This document shows, in pieces, positions 18,140-25,452 of a stretch of DNA of 60,771 nucleotides. The stretch is taken from contig CAZTYO010000001.1 of the NCBI GenBank assembly GCA_964617925.1, forward strand, positions 1-60,771, written 5' to 3'. Both the position numbers and the translations under genes were made by a program. How positions within the stretch are numbered: the stretch's first letter is position 1; the number at the start of each line of letters is the position of its first letter. The DNA comes from Candidatus Woesearchaeota archaeon (GTDB taxonomy: Archaea > Nanobdellota > Nanobdellia > SCGC-AAA011-G17 > PNOQ01). The notes under the pieces were generated by a model that worked only from the letters and a program-made list of their open reading frames with translations, did no database searches and was not told where the DNA came from.

Positions 18140-18310
18140 ATGAGACTTGCCCTTGATACCATAGTTGTGTTTATTATAGCTATTTTAGTTTTAGTTTTAA
18201 TGTTGTTTATTTTTGGGGATCAATTTAAGACATTTTTTAATACATTTGGTGTGTTTATAAAGAATGCATTAGGTATTGCTAATATTGGTGTTAATGGAAC
18301 CATACAATGA
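18140..18310 (+). CDS. 56-aa micro-ORF, single-TM peptide with Phe-rich amphipathic tail
   Basis: MRLALDTIVVFIIAILVLVLMLFIFGDQFKTFFNTFGVFIKNALGIANIGVNGTIQ. GGAG lies ~8 nt upstream, and there is an ATGA overlap with the next gene. Not in the ORF track. Confidence 0.45.
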   Translation: MRLALDTIVVFIIAILVLVLMLFIFGDQFKTFFNTFGVFIKNALGIANIGVNGTIQ

Positions 18311-18786
18311 AATTAAGTTTTAAATTTATCTTTGGATTGGTAATTGGTATTGCAGGTCTTTTTTTGGCATTTAGTGCAGGGAGTGCAATGTGGGGGATTT
18401 TTTTCCCCGAACCTTTAGAATTAACTGAAAGTTCTATGGATAGATTGAATGTAGTTATATCAAATTTAGAAGAAGGTCAGAATACCACTATGTTATTTTA
18501 TTTAGAAAAGGGTTTTTATTTAGTTGGTTTTGATAAAGGGTCTGATTCTGGGCCAGTATATTTGCGACCTGAACAATGTTTTGAAACTTTCTGTTTATTA
18601 ATTTGTTCAAATTCTGGAAATGAAAGAAGTTGTTTAGATGCAAATTATGGGATAAGTCCTAATTCAATTGTTTCTTTTACTTCTGAAAATGTTGGCGGAG
18701 TTATTCTTTCAGAAACGGGAGAATATATTACTTTATACTTGGAAAAACAAGGAAGTGCTCTTTTAATTGAAAAACTTAATTCTTAA
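18307..18786 (+). CDS. N-terminally anchored exported protein, unknown family
   Basis: 159 aa; TM helix FIFGLVIGIAGLFLAFSAG; 4 Cys. In-operon position. Confidence 0.65.
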   Translation: MKLSFKFIFGLVIGIAGLFLAFSAGSAMWGIFFPEPLELTESSMDRLNVVISNLEEGQNTTMLFYLEKGFYLVGFDKGSDSGPVYLRPEQCFETFCLLICSNSGNERSCLDANYGISPNSIVSFTSENVGGVILSETGEYITLYLEKQGSALLIEKLNS

Positions 18787-18799
18787 ATTTGTAAAAATC

Positions 18800-18809
18800 T
18801 TTATAAATA
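18800..18809 (+). promoter_or_regulatory. TATA-like box, possible internal promoter
   Basis: TTTATAAATA ends 20 nt before the ATG at 18830. Confidence 0.3.
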
Positions 18810-18829
18810 TGTAAATCTGATTTTTATGC

Positions 18830-19237
18830 ATGGAAGAGGAGAGAATATATTTGTGGCCAGGATATCTTGTTATAACAACGCTTGTTTTAATCTCTTTATT
18901 TTTTATTTTAGTTAAGATATCTGATGAAACTTCGTTTAATCAAGATTATCTTTCAAAAGATATTTCATTATTAGAACAAAGTTTATTTATTGCTCCAGGC
19001 GATGTTTCTCTTAGGTATGAAGTTGTTCAAGATGAAGATAGGTTTAAAATAACTTTTGATGATTCTTGTGAGGTAAATGTAAATATCGATGATAGTTTGG
19101 GTTTTTCTGGTTCTTCTTCTTGGTGTGGAGGAAATAATTATTTTTTTACAGATTATCCACCTCAAGATGATTTTGATTATTTATTTTTTAATAAAACTTA
19201 CTCGGATTTAATTGTTGAAGGTGGAAAAAATGGATAA
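18830..19237 (+). CDS. N-terminally anchored exported protein, unknown family
   Basis: 135 aa; TM helix GYLVITTLVLISLFFILV; acidic ectodomain. Confidence 0.6.
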   Translation: MEEERIYLWPGYLVITTLVLISLFFILVKISDETSFNQDYLSKDISLLEQSLFIAPGDVSLRYEVVQDEDRFKITFDDSCEVNVNIDDSLGFSGSSSWCGGNNYFFTDYPPQDDFDYLFFNKTYSDLIVEGGKNG

Positions 19238-19727
19238 AAAAGGTTTTGTTTTTTTAACTGAAGAACAAATGAGTTTAGTCGTATATGTTTTTGTAATTCT
19301 TTTTGTTTGTGGCGTTTTAATTGTTGGATCATATTTATTTACAGATAAAAACATTGAAACTCAAGGGTTAGAGAGGCATTTATTAATAAATGGATTGTTA
19401 TATTCTCCAACTTGTTTGAGTTATAGTGATGAACTTCGTTCATATCCTGGAATAATAGATTTAGATAATTTTAATGAGAATAAATTGTCTAATTGTATTT
19501 CTTATGAATTCGGAGGCCAAGGATTTAAGTTAATTTTATATGATGTTAATGAAACAATATTGAAAGAAGTAGAAGTTAATCCTCAAGTATTTACACAGGG
19601 ATTATTGTGTGGATTGAAAGAATCAAATTTTGAATGTTTTTCCAAACGAGATTATGTGTTGTTTGAGAACAATTCTTTTTTTGAATCTGGTTATTTAGAT
19701 ATTAAGGTGGTGACTCCAGTTGGATAA
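19230..19727 (+). CDS. pilin-like protein (class III signal-like N-terminus)
   Basis: MDKKG-FVFLTEEQMSLVVYVFVILFVCGVLIVG. GGTGGA precedes the ATG at 19230 (the track used the TTG at 19212). 8-nt overlap with the upstream gene. Confidence 0.6.
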   Translation: MDKKGFVFLTEEQMSLVVYVFVILFVCGVLIVGSYLFTDKNIETQGLERHLLINGLLYSPTCLSYSDELRSYPGIIDLDNFNENKLSNCISYEFGGQGFKLILYDVNETILKEVEVNPQVFTQGLLCGLKESNFECFSKRDYVLFENNSFFESGYLDIKVVTPVG

Positions 19728-20295
19728 AAAAGCAACAACTTTAATGATGAGGCTTTTTAATATTCTTTTAATAGGAATTCTCTTGGCAGGATTTTTATTG
19801 ATTATGGCATTTGGTAGTTTGAAAGAAAGTGAAAATCAAGAGATTATTAAAATAAATGAAAAATTAACTTATTCTGAAGATAACCTTCAAATGATTAATT
19901 ATCTTAGGTCTAATTTCCAATTTCCAAAATTTGGAAATTCTAGTGTTTTATCTATATTAATAAATTATGATTCTAATCTTCTTTCTAGTTCTGATGTGAA
20001 TTTTCTGAAAGAACAAACTGAAAATATCTTAAATAATATGACATACTGTCAAATTATTGATAATAAAGAAATTTTGAGAAGTTATTCCTTTTATTTGACT
20101 GCAGAACTATATATGAAATTTGATGAAATTGAGGAAATTGTTCAATTCAGTTCAGAATCTTTTTGTAATGTGGATGATCAATTTATTTGTAATGATCAAT
20201 TTATTGTTGAAACTCAAAAATTATTAGATGGGTATTATCTTATTCTTGTTGCTAGTGATACTTTTTATTCTGGGGAGAATTGTTTAAAATGGTGA
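19720..20295 (+). CDS. pilin-like protein (class III signal-like N-terminus)
   Basis: TTG start preceded by AAGGTGGTGA. MDKKA-TTLMMRLFNILLIGILLAGFLLIM. 8-nt overlap with the upstream gene. Confidence 0.55.
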   Translation: MDKKATTLMMRLFNILLIGILLAGFLLIMAFGSLKESENQEIIKINEKLTYSEDNLQMINYLRSNFQFPKFGNSSVLSILINYDSNLLSSSDVNFLKEQTENILNNMTYCQIIDNKEILRSYSFYLTAELYMKFDEIEEIVQFSSESFCNVDDQFICNDQFIVETQKLLDGYYLILVASDTFYSGENCLKW

Positions 20296-21059
20296 ATAAA
20301 AAAGGATTATTTACATTATATGTTTTAATTTATACTATCTTAGGAATAGGAATTTCTTTAATGTTATTTGTTAATTTTCAAGAACATTCTTCTACTAAAT
20401 ATCTTGGAGATAGCCAATTAAACCTTATTGAATTATATTCTGAAGGGGAGAGTGATCTATTTTATGTTACTCAACTTCTTTCTGATATTGAAATTGTTTC
20501 TAGTTTGTTTGAAAATGGAGGATTTTATAATGATCCAAATAAAATGAATGGAGAATATGTATTGTGGAAAAAGAATTCATCCGATTGCTATCCCACTTTA
20601 AATTTATTAGATAGGGAGTTTTCTATTGTTTTTAATAAAAAATTGTTAAATGAAGGCTATTCTCTTGATTATTCCACCAAAGTTATAAATTCTCTTTCTT
20701 TTTTTGAAATTTTATTTAATTCTTCAAAAAATTTAGATTATTCTATTGTTAATAAAGAAAATGAAGAAATTGGAATTTATTCTCTCTCCCCTAATTTCAA
20801 AATCTTGATTAATTATGATTTAAATAATTTTTTTAGTTTTGTTGAAGAAGTTAAATCTATTGTAGGTTTGTGCCAAAATGACGAAAATTGTTGGGAATCT
20901 CATGCAACTTTTGAATGGGAGAACAATGGTAACCTTTTTATGTTTGAGTCACTTCCTCAATTAATTCAAACTGTAAATGGAGAAAAAGAAGTAAAAATTA
21001 AAGCTGCAGTTGATTTCGAAGAAATAAATGAATTAGTTGAAGGTGAATTTGAATGTTAA
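20289..21059 (+). CDS. pilin-like protein (class III signal-like N-terminus)
   Basis: MVNKKG-LFTLYVLIYTILGIGISLMLFV. GGGGAG lies 12 nt upstream of the ATG at 20289. Overlaps both neighbours. Confidence 0.55.
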   Translation: MVNKKGLFTLYVLIYTILGIGISLMLFVNFQEHSSTKYLGDSQLNLIELYSEGESDLFYVTQLLSDIEIVSSLFENGGFYNDPNKMNGEYVLWKKNSSDCYPTLNLLDREFSIVFNKKLLNEGYSLDYSTKVINSLSFFEILFNSSKNLDYSIVNKENEEIGIYSLSPNFKILINYDLNNFFSFVEEVKSIVGLCQNDENCWESHATFEWENNGNLFMFESLPQLIQTVNGEKEVKIKAAVDFEEINELVEGEFEC

Positions 21060-22045
21060 GGTTAAGTTATGAAGAAATTATAGATAAGATAGTTAATGAA
21101 AAAGGCGTTTCTAAAGAAGATATTGAAGAAAAAATTGAAGTAAAAATTAATGAACTTTCTGATCTTATTAGTAAGGAAGGTGCAGCACATATAATTGCTA
21201 ACCAATATGGCATAAAATTATTTGAAAATAATGCCCCCAAAGATTTGAAAATTTCAAAAATTCCCAAAGGTGTTAATGGCATTAATGTACTAGGTAAATT
21301 AATTTCTGTTTTTGAGATTAGAGAATTTAAAACTGAAAAAAGACAGGGAAGGTTGGGATTTTGTACTATCGGTGATGAAACGGGATCTATGAGGTTGGTA
21401 GTTTGGGATGATAAAATTCTTGATAAAGTTAATGAAATTTCTAAAGAAGGAGATATTATTAAAGTTGGAGATGCATATTCTAAGGAAAATAATGGATATA
21501 TAGAACTTCATTTAGGGTCTAGAGGAAAGTTAGATATTAATCCAGAAGGAGAAACAGTTGGAGAAGTAAAAACCACTTCTTTTGAACCTTCATTTTCAAA
21601 GAAAAAAATAAATGAATTATCGAATGGGGAAAGAGTGGAATTACAAGGGACTATTGTCCAAGTTTTTGATCCTAGATATTATGATGTTTGTGAAAAATGT
21701 AATCGTAAAGTATTTCAACAAGATGGAAAAGCTACTTGTAATGATCATGGGGAAGTTTCGCCTAAGAAAGCAATTGTTCTCAATTTCTTTTTTGATGATG
21801 CTACTTCAAATATCAGAGTTGTTTGTTTCGCAGATCTTGCTGAAAAAATAATCAGTAAAACTGGCCAAGAGTTGAGTGTTCTTGAGCCTATAGAAGTTGA
21901 AAATGTGACTAAGGGATTATTGGGTTTTCAATTTGTAATTAAGGGTAGAGTTACAAAAAATGTTAATTTTGATAGATTGGAATTAATAGCAAATTTTATA
22001 GACCCTGCAAATCCTGTAGAGATTATAGAATCTTTTGAAAAATGA
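21053..22045 (+). CDS. rpa: replication protein A (euryarchaeal-type RPA, OB folds plus zinc finger)
   Basis: N-terminal SYEEIIDKI...ISKEGAAHIIANQYGI helix. OB-fold blocks (GRLGFCTIGDETGSMRLVVWD). CEKCNRKV...CNDHG zinc ribbon inside the second OB fold. Confidence 0.8.
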   Translation: MLRLSYEEIIDKIVNEKGVSKEDIEEKIEVKINELSDLISKEGAAHIIANQYGIKLFENNAPKDLKISKIPKGVNGINVLGKLISVFEIREFKTEKRQGRLGFCTIGDETGSMRLVVWDDKILDKVNEISKEGDIIKVGDAYSKENNGYIELHLGSRGKLDINPEGETVGEVKTTSFEPSFSKKKINELSNGERVELQGTIVQVFDPRYYDVCEKCNRKVFQQDGKATCNDHGEVSPKKAIVLNFFFDDATSNIRVVCFADLAEKIISKTGQELSVLEPIEVENVTKGLLGFQFVIKGRVTKNVNFDRLELIANFIDPANPVEIIESFEK

Positions 22046-22497
22046 TGTATAAAACTCATTTGATTTTTGGAATTTTGGCAGCTATATTAGTTTTACAAAT
22101 ATTTAAAATTGAAAATCCAATTATCTTTTTTTTGGTTTTGTGTTTTGCTTCTTTGCTTCCAGATATAGATTTCCCTAAAAGTTGGTTAGGAAGAAGAATA
22201 AAACCTTTGTCATGGATTATTAGGTTGTTTTTTGGACATAGAAAATTTATTCATAGTATTTATGTTCCATTTATTCTTTATTTCTTGTTGTCCATTGTAG
22301 GACAAAAAGAAGTGGGAATGGCAGTATTTATAGGTTATCTTGTTCATTTATTTGCTGATGGATTATCTAGTGAAGGAATTAAACCATTTTATCCTCTTTC
22401 AAAAATGAAATTCAAAGGAATTGTGCGGGTTGGAGGAATTTTGGAATCCTGTGTTTTAATTGGTTTGATAATTCTTATTTTATTTCTTTTGTTTTAA
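22042..22497 (+). CDS. membrane-bound metal-dependent hydrolase, YdjM/DUF457-like
   Basis: Polytopic, 151 aa, with LPDIDFP...HRKFIHS...HLFADG His/Asp pattern. ATGA overlap with the RPA stop. Confidence 0.6.
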   Translation: MMYKTHLIFGILAAILVLQIFKIENPIIFFLVLCFASLLPDIDFPKSWLGRRIKPLSWIIRLFFGHRKFIHSIYVPFILYFLLSIVGQKEVGMAVFIGYLVHLFADGLSSEGIKPFYPLSKMKFKGIVRVGGILESCVLIGLIILILFLLF

Positions 22498-22598
22498 TTG
22501 TCATGTTGTCATGGGCTATGGAATTATTTATAAATCTATTTTGATGTTTAACTGTGCTCCATTGAAATAAAATGCGAAAGCAAGGAGGTGTTATTTTA

Positions 22599-22838
22599 AT
22601 GAAACCGTTAAAAAAGTTTAAAGCTGGCTCGATTGAATGTTCTATTTGGGCTAATGAGAAAGAGATAGAAGGAAAAAAGATAGAATTTAAGACTGTTAAT
22701 TTGAAAAGAGCTTGGAAGGATGGAGATGTCTGGAGAGATCAACAAATTAATCTTCGAAGAAATGATATTATTAAAGCATTACTTGTTCTTGAAAAGGCAC
22801 AAGAAGATTTATTTTTGAATATTGAGGGGAATGAATAA
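22599..22838 (+). CDS. small basic protein, possibly a PC4/YdbC-like ssDNA-binding fold (tentative)
   Basis: 79 aa from the ATG at 22599 (GGAGGTG at 22584-22590). Has a beta-rich KAGSIECSIWANE...IEFKTVNLKRAWKDGDVWRDQQINL segment, then a helix. The fold assignment is from memory only. Confidence 0.3.
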   Translation: MKPLKKFKAGSIECSIWANEKEIEGKKIEFKTVNLKRAWKDGDVWRDQQINLRRNDIIKALLVLEKAQEDLFLNIEGNE

Positions 22839-23857
22839 TGAAAGAAATAATTGAAAAATCTAATGAGCTTATTGAAGAGAAACCAGTTCAGAAATCTAAA
22901 AAATCTGAAAAAAATGAAATGGTTATAGAAGACTTGCCAGGAGTTGGTGCTGCTACTGCAGATAAATTGAAAGAAGTAGGGTATACTGATTTGATGAGTA
23001 TTGCCGTTGCTAGTCCTTCTGAACTTATGGAGGCAGCAGGAATTGGAGATAATGTAGTAAAAAGAATAATTCAAGTTGCACGTAAAAATTTAGATATTGG
23101 TTTTGAAACTGGAGAAGAATTATTGAAAAAAAGAGATTTAGTTAAAAGAGTTAGTACTGGTAGTGAAAATTTTAATACTTTACTTGGAGGTGGATTAGAA
23201 ACTGGTTCAATAACTGAGTGTTATGGCGCATATGGATCTGGAAAAACTGCATTAGCCCATCAACTTGTTTGTTCTGCACAATCAAATGAATTTGGAAATG
23301 AAGATGGAGCAGTTGTTGTTTGGATAGATACTGAGGGAACTTTAAGGCCAGAAAGAGTAAAACAAATTGCTGAATTGAATGGATTAGATGTAGATAAAAC
23401 TTTGAAAAATATTCGTGCAGTTAGAGCATTTAATAGTGATCATCAAATGCTTTTGGCTGAAAAAGTTGAAGATTTGATAAAGAAAGAAGGCTTAAATGTT
23501 CGATTAGTTATTGTAGATTCTTTAATGAGCCATTTTAGAAGTGAATTTATTGGTAGGGGGACTTTATCTGATAGGCAACAAAAGTTGAACAAACATATGC
23601 ATGTTTTATTGAAATTGGCACAAAATCATAATATTGCAGTGTATATAACTAATCAAGTTATGTCAAAACCTGATACTTTTTTTGGGGATCCAACTGTTGC
23701 AATTGGTGGAAATATTGTTGCACATGCCTCTACTACTAGGGTATATCTAAGAAGGGGAAAAAAGGGGTCAAGAGTTGCAAAATTAGTAGATAGTCCTTGT
23801 TTACCTGATGGAGAATGTATGTTCTTTGTTACAGATGAGGGATTAAGAGACGAATAA
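22838..23857 (+). CDS. radA: DNA repair and recombination protein RadA
   Basis: N-terminal HhH (LPGVGAATADKLKEVGY), Walker A (GAYGSGKT), VVWIDTEGT, Walker B (LVIVDSL), and ITNQV...GGNIVAHASTTRVYLRRG. Confidence 0.9.
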   Translation: MKEIIEKSNELIEEKPVQKSKKSEKNEMVIEDLPGVGAATADKLKEVGYTDLMSIAVASPSELMEAAGIGDNVVKRIIQVARKNLDIGFETGEELLKKRDLVKRVSTGSENFNTLLGGGLETGSITECYGAYGSGKTALAHQLVCSAQSNEFGNEDGAVVVWIDTEGTLRPERVKQIAELNGLDVDKTLKNIRAVRAFNSDHQMLLAEKVEDLIKKEGLNVRLVIVDSLMSHFRSEFIGRGTLSDRQQKLNKHMHVLLKLAQNHNIAVYITNQVMSKPDTFFGDPTVAIGGNIVAHASTTRVYLRRGKKGSRVAKLVDSPCLPDGECMFFVTDEGLRDE

Positions 23858-23902
23858 TTTATTTGTCCCTTTTGGGACTCCTTTGTTTACTTATTAAAAA
23901 GA

Positions 23903-23910
23903 TTTATAAA
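23903..23910 (+). promoter_or_regulatory. TATA-like box upstream of Zn-ribbon/aEF-1beta pair
   Basis: TTTATAAA ends 26 nt before the ATG at 23937. Confidence 0.35.
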
Positions 23911-23936
23911 GGAATTATATCCACTTGATTATCAGA

Positions 23937-24113
23937 ATGGTTAAGAAAGAATTAATTTGTACATCATGTAAAAGAAAGGTAATGAATTTCACAGGTTCTG
24001 TTAAATTTAATTGTCCTAATTGTGGAAAAACTGAGATAATTAGATGTAAGGATTGTAGGGCGAATGTAATCAAATATATATGTCCTTCTTGTGAATTTGA
24101 GGGACCTAATTAA
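23937..24113 (+). CDS. Zn-ribbon protein (COG2888-type, usually paired with aEF-1beta)
   Basis: Four CxxC pairs (CTSC, CPNC, CKDC, CPSC) in 58 aa. Lies immediately upstream of the EF-1beta gene, as in many archaea. Confidence 0.65.
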   Translation: MVKKELICTSCKRKVMNFTGSVKFNCPNCGKTEIIRCKDCRANVIKYICPSCEFEGPN

Positions 24114-24114
24114 G

Positions 24115-24399
24115 ATGGCATATGTGATAGTGACTTTAAAAATAATGCCAAATAATCCCGAAGTAGATTTGAAAGAATTGGAATCAAAGATTAAAGTTTC
24201 ATTATCCGAATTTTTGAAAAAAAAAGAACCAGAAACTAAAGTAGAAATAACTCCTGTTGCATTTGGATTAAATTCAATTGATCTGACTTTTGCAGTAGAT
24301 GAAAGTCTGGGTTCGGCAGATCCTTTTGCAGAGTTAGTTTCAACTTTCGAAGAAGTTGCTTCTGCGGAAATAATCGATGCTAGACGGGCATTAGGTTAA
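24115..24399 (+). CDS. ef1b: translation elongation factor aEF-1 beta
   Basis: MAYVIVTLKIMPNNPEVDLKELE...VAFGLNSIDLTFAVDE...SAEI pattern and ~94 aa size. Start moved to the ATG at 24115. Confidence 0.75.
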   Translation: MAYVIVTLKIMPNNPEVDLKELESKIKVSLSEFLKKKEPETKVEITPVAFGLNSIDLTFAVDESLGSADPFAELVSTFEEVASAEIIDARRALG

Positions 24400-25275
24400 A
24401 ACATACATCAAGACATTTCCAAATATTAAACTTATTATTACTGCCAATATTATTGCAGGTAGAAAGGGGATTCCATCTTTTATTATTATTTTTTTAATTT
24501 TGTTTTTATTTAATAATTTAATTTGTTCTTTTGTAATTCCTTGTGTAGATGGTTTGTAAATTATTTGTTTATTTACTTTTATTTGATGAGTTATGTAATC
24601 TCCTTCTCTTAATTTATTTGAATTAATTGTTTTGATCATGCTTGCTTTTTCTATTGCAGAAATGGTTAACCAAAAATAAAATAAAACTAAAGGTAATGCA
24701 AGTATTATTATTGCCGAAAGTTTAAATTGAAAATTTTTAATCATTATCATACTTAATAATATTCCACTTATTGAAAAATAAATTGTTATTTTTTTTAGTT
24801 TTTTAATATTCTTGATTTTACTTTTTTCCTTATAATATTTTATTAATTTTTCTTTATTTTTTATTCCTAATATTATTCCTAAAATTATACTATATATTGC
24901 TCCAACAATCATTATGTTGATAAACAAAATTATTAAAAAATTCATATTTAAAGAAGGGTTAAAATATTTTAATAAGAATTCTGGATATTCTGGAATCGCT
25001 GCTCCAATCATCATTAATATTTTTGAATCTCCTCCTCCCCATTGTTTTGTGTAATACATTATATTTCCAATAGTGAAAAATATTCCAAAACCAATTAAAC
25101 TAATAATTAAGATATTCCAATTGTTCGATATTAGTGAAGAAAATAAATAAAAACTAAAGAGTGAGATTATTATACTAAAATTTAACCAATTTGGAACTTC
25201 TTTAGTTTTTATATCTGAATAAGTAGCTATAGTTAATCCTATTAATAATAATATTAAAATTATTGCTTCCATCAA
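24391..25275 (-). CDS. A24-family prepilin/preflagellin peptidase (PibD/FlaK/EppA-like)
   Basis: Polytopic. First catalytic Asp context is ATYSDIKTKEVPNWLN; the second is in WGGGDSKILMMIGA (GxGD). Confidence 0.8.
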   Translation of the reverse strand: MMEAIILILLLIGLTIATYSDIKTKEVPNWLNFSIIISLFSFYLFSSLISNNWNILIISLIGFGIFFTIGNIMYYTKQWGGGDSKILMMIGAAIPEYPEFLLKYFNPSLNMNFLIILFINIMIVGAIYSIILGIILGIKNKEKLIKYYKEKSKIKNIKKLKKITIYFSISGILLSMIMIKNFQFKLSAIIILALPLVLFYFWLTISAIEKASMIKTINSNKLREGDYITHQIKVNKQIIYKPSTQGITKEQIKLLNKNKIKKIIIKDGIPFLPAIILAVIISLIFGNVLMYVLT

Positions 25276-25452
25276 TTACTTATTCTTTTATTTTTTTATA
25301 AATCTTTTTGAGAAATAAATAAAGATAATTATCTAGTATGGAACAAATAAATTAAGTTTAAAATTATTTTTCTTCCTTTTTTGAATTATTGATGATTTAT
25401 TAATAATAGAAAACCTTTTAAATTATTTTTAGTTAATTACTTTATAAATAAA

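Noticed and set aside
23865-23878. GTCCC-TTTT-GGGAC hairpin just after radA as a terminator
   Set aside because: The stem is only 5 bp. Archaeal termination mainly relies on T-tracts, which are everywhere in this AT-rich sequence, so it cannot be distinguished from chance.
25276-25452. C/D-box or other sRNA in the 177-nt divergent intergenic region (contains TGATGA)
   Set aside because: There is no matching D box (CTGA) at a suitable distance and no terminal stem. The region is better explained as two back-to-back promoters.
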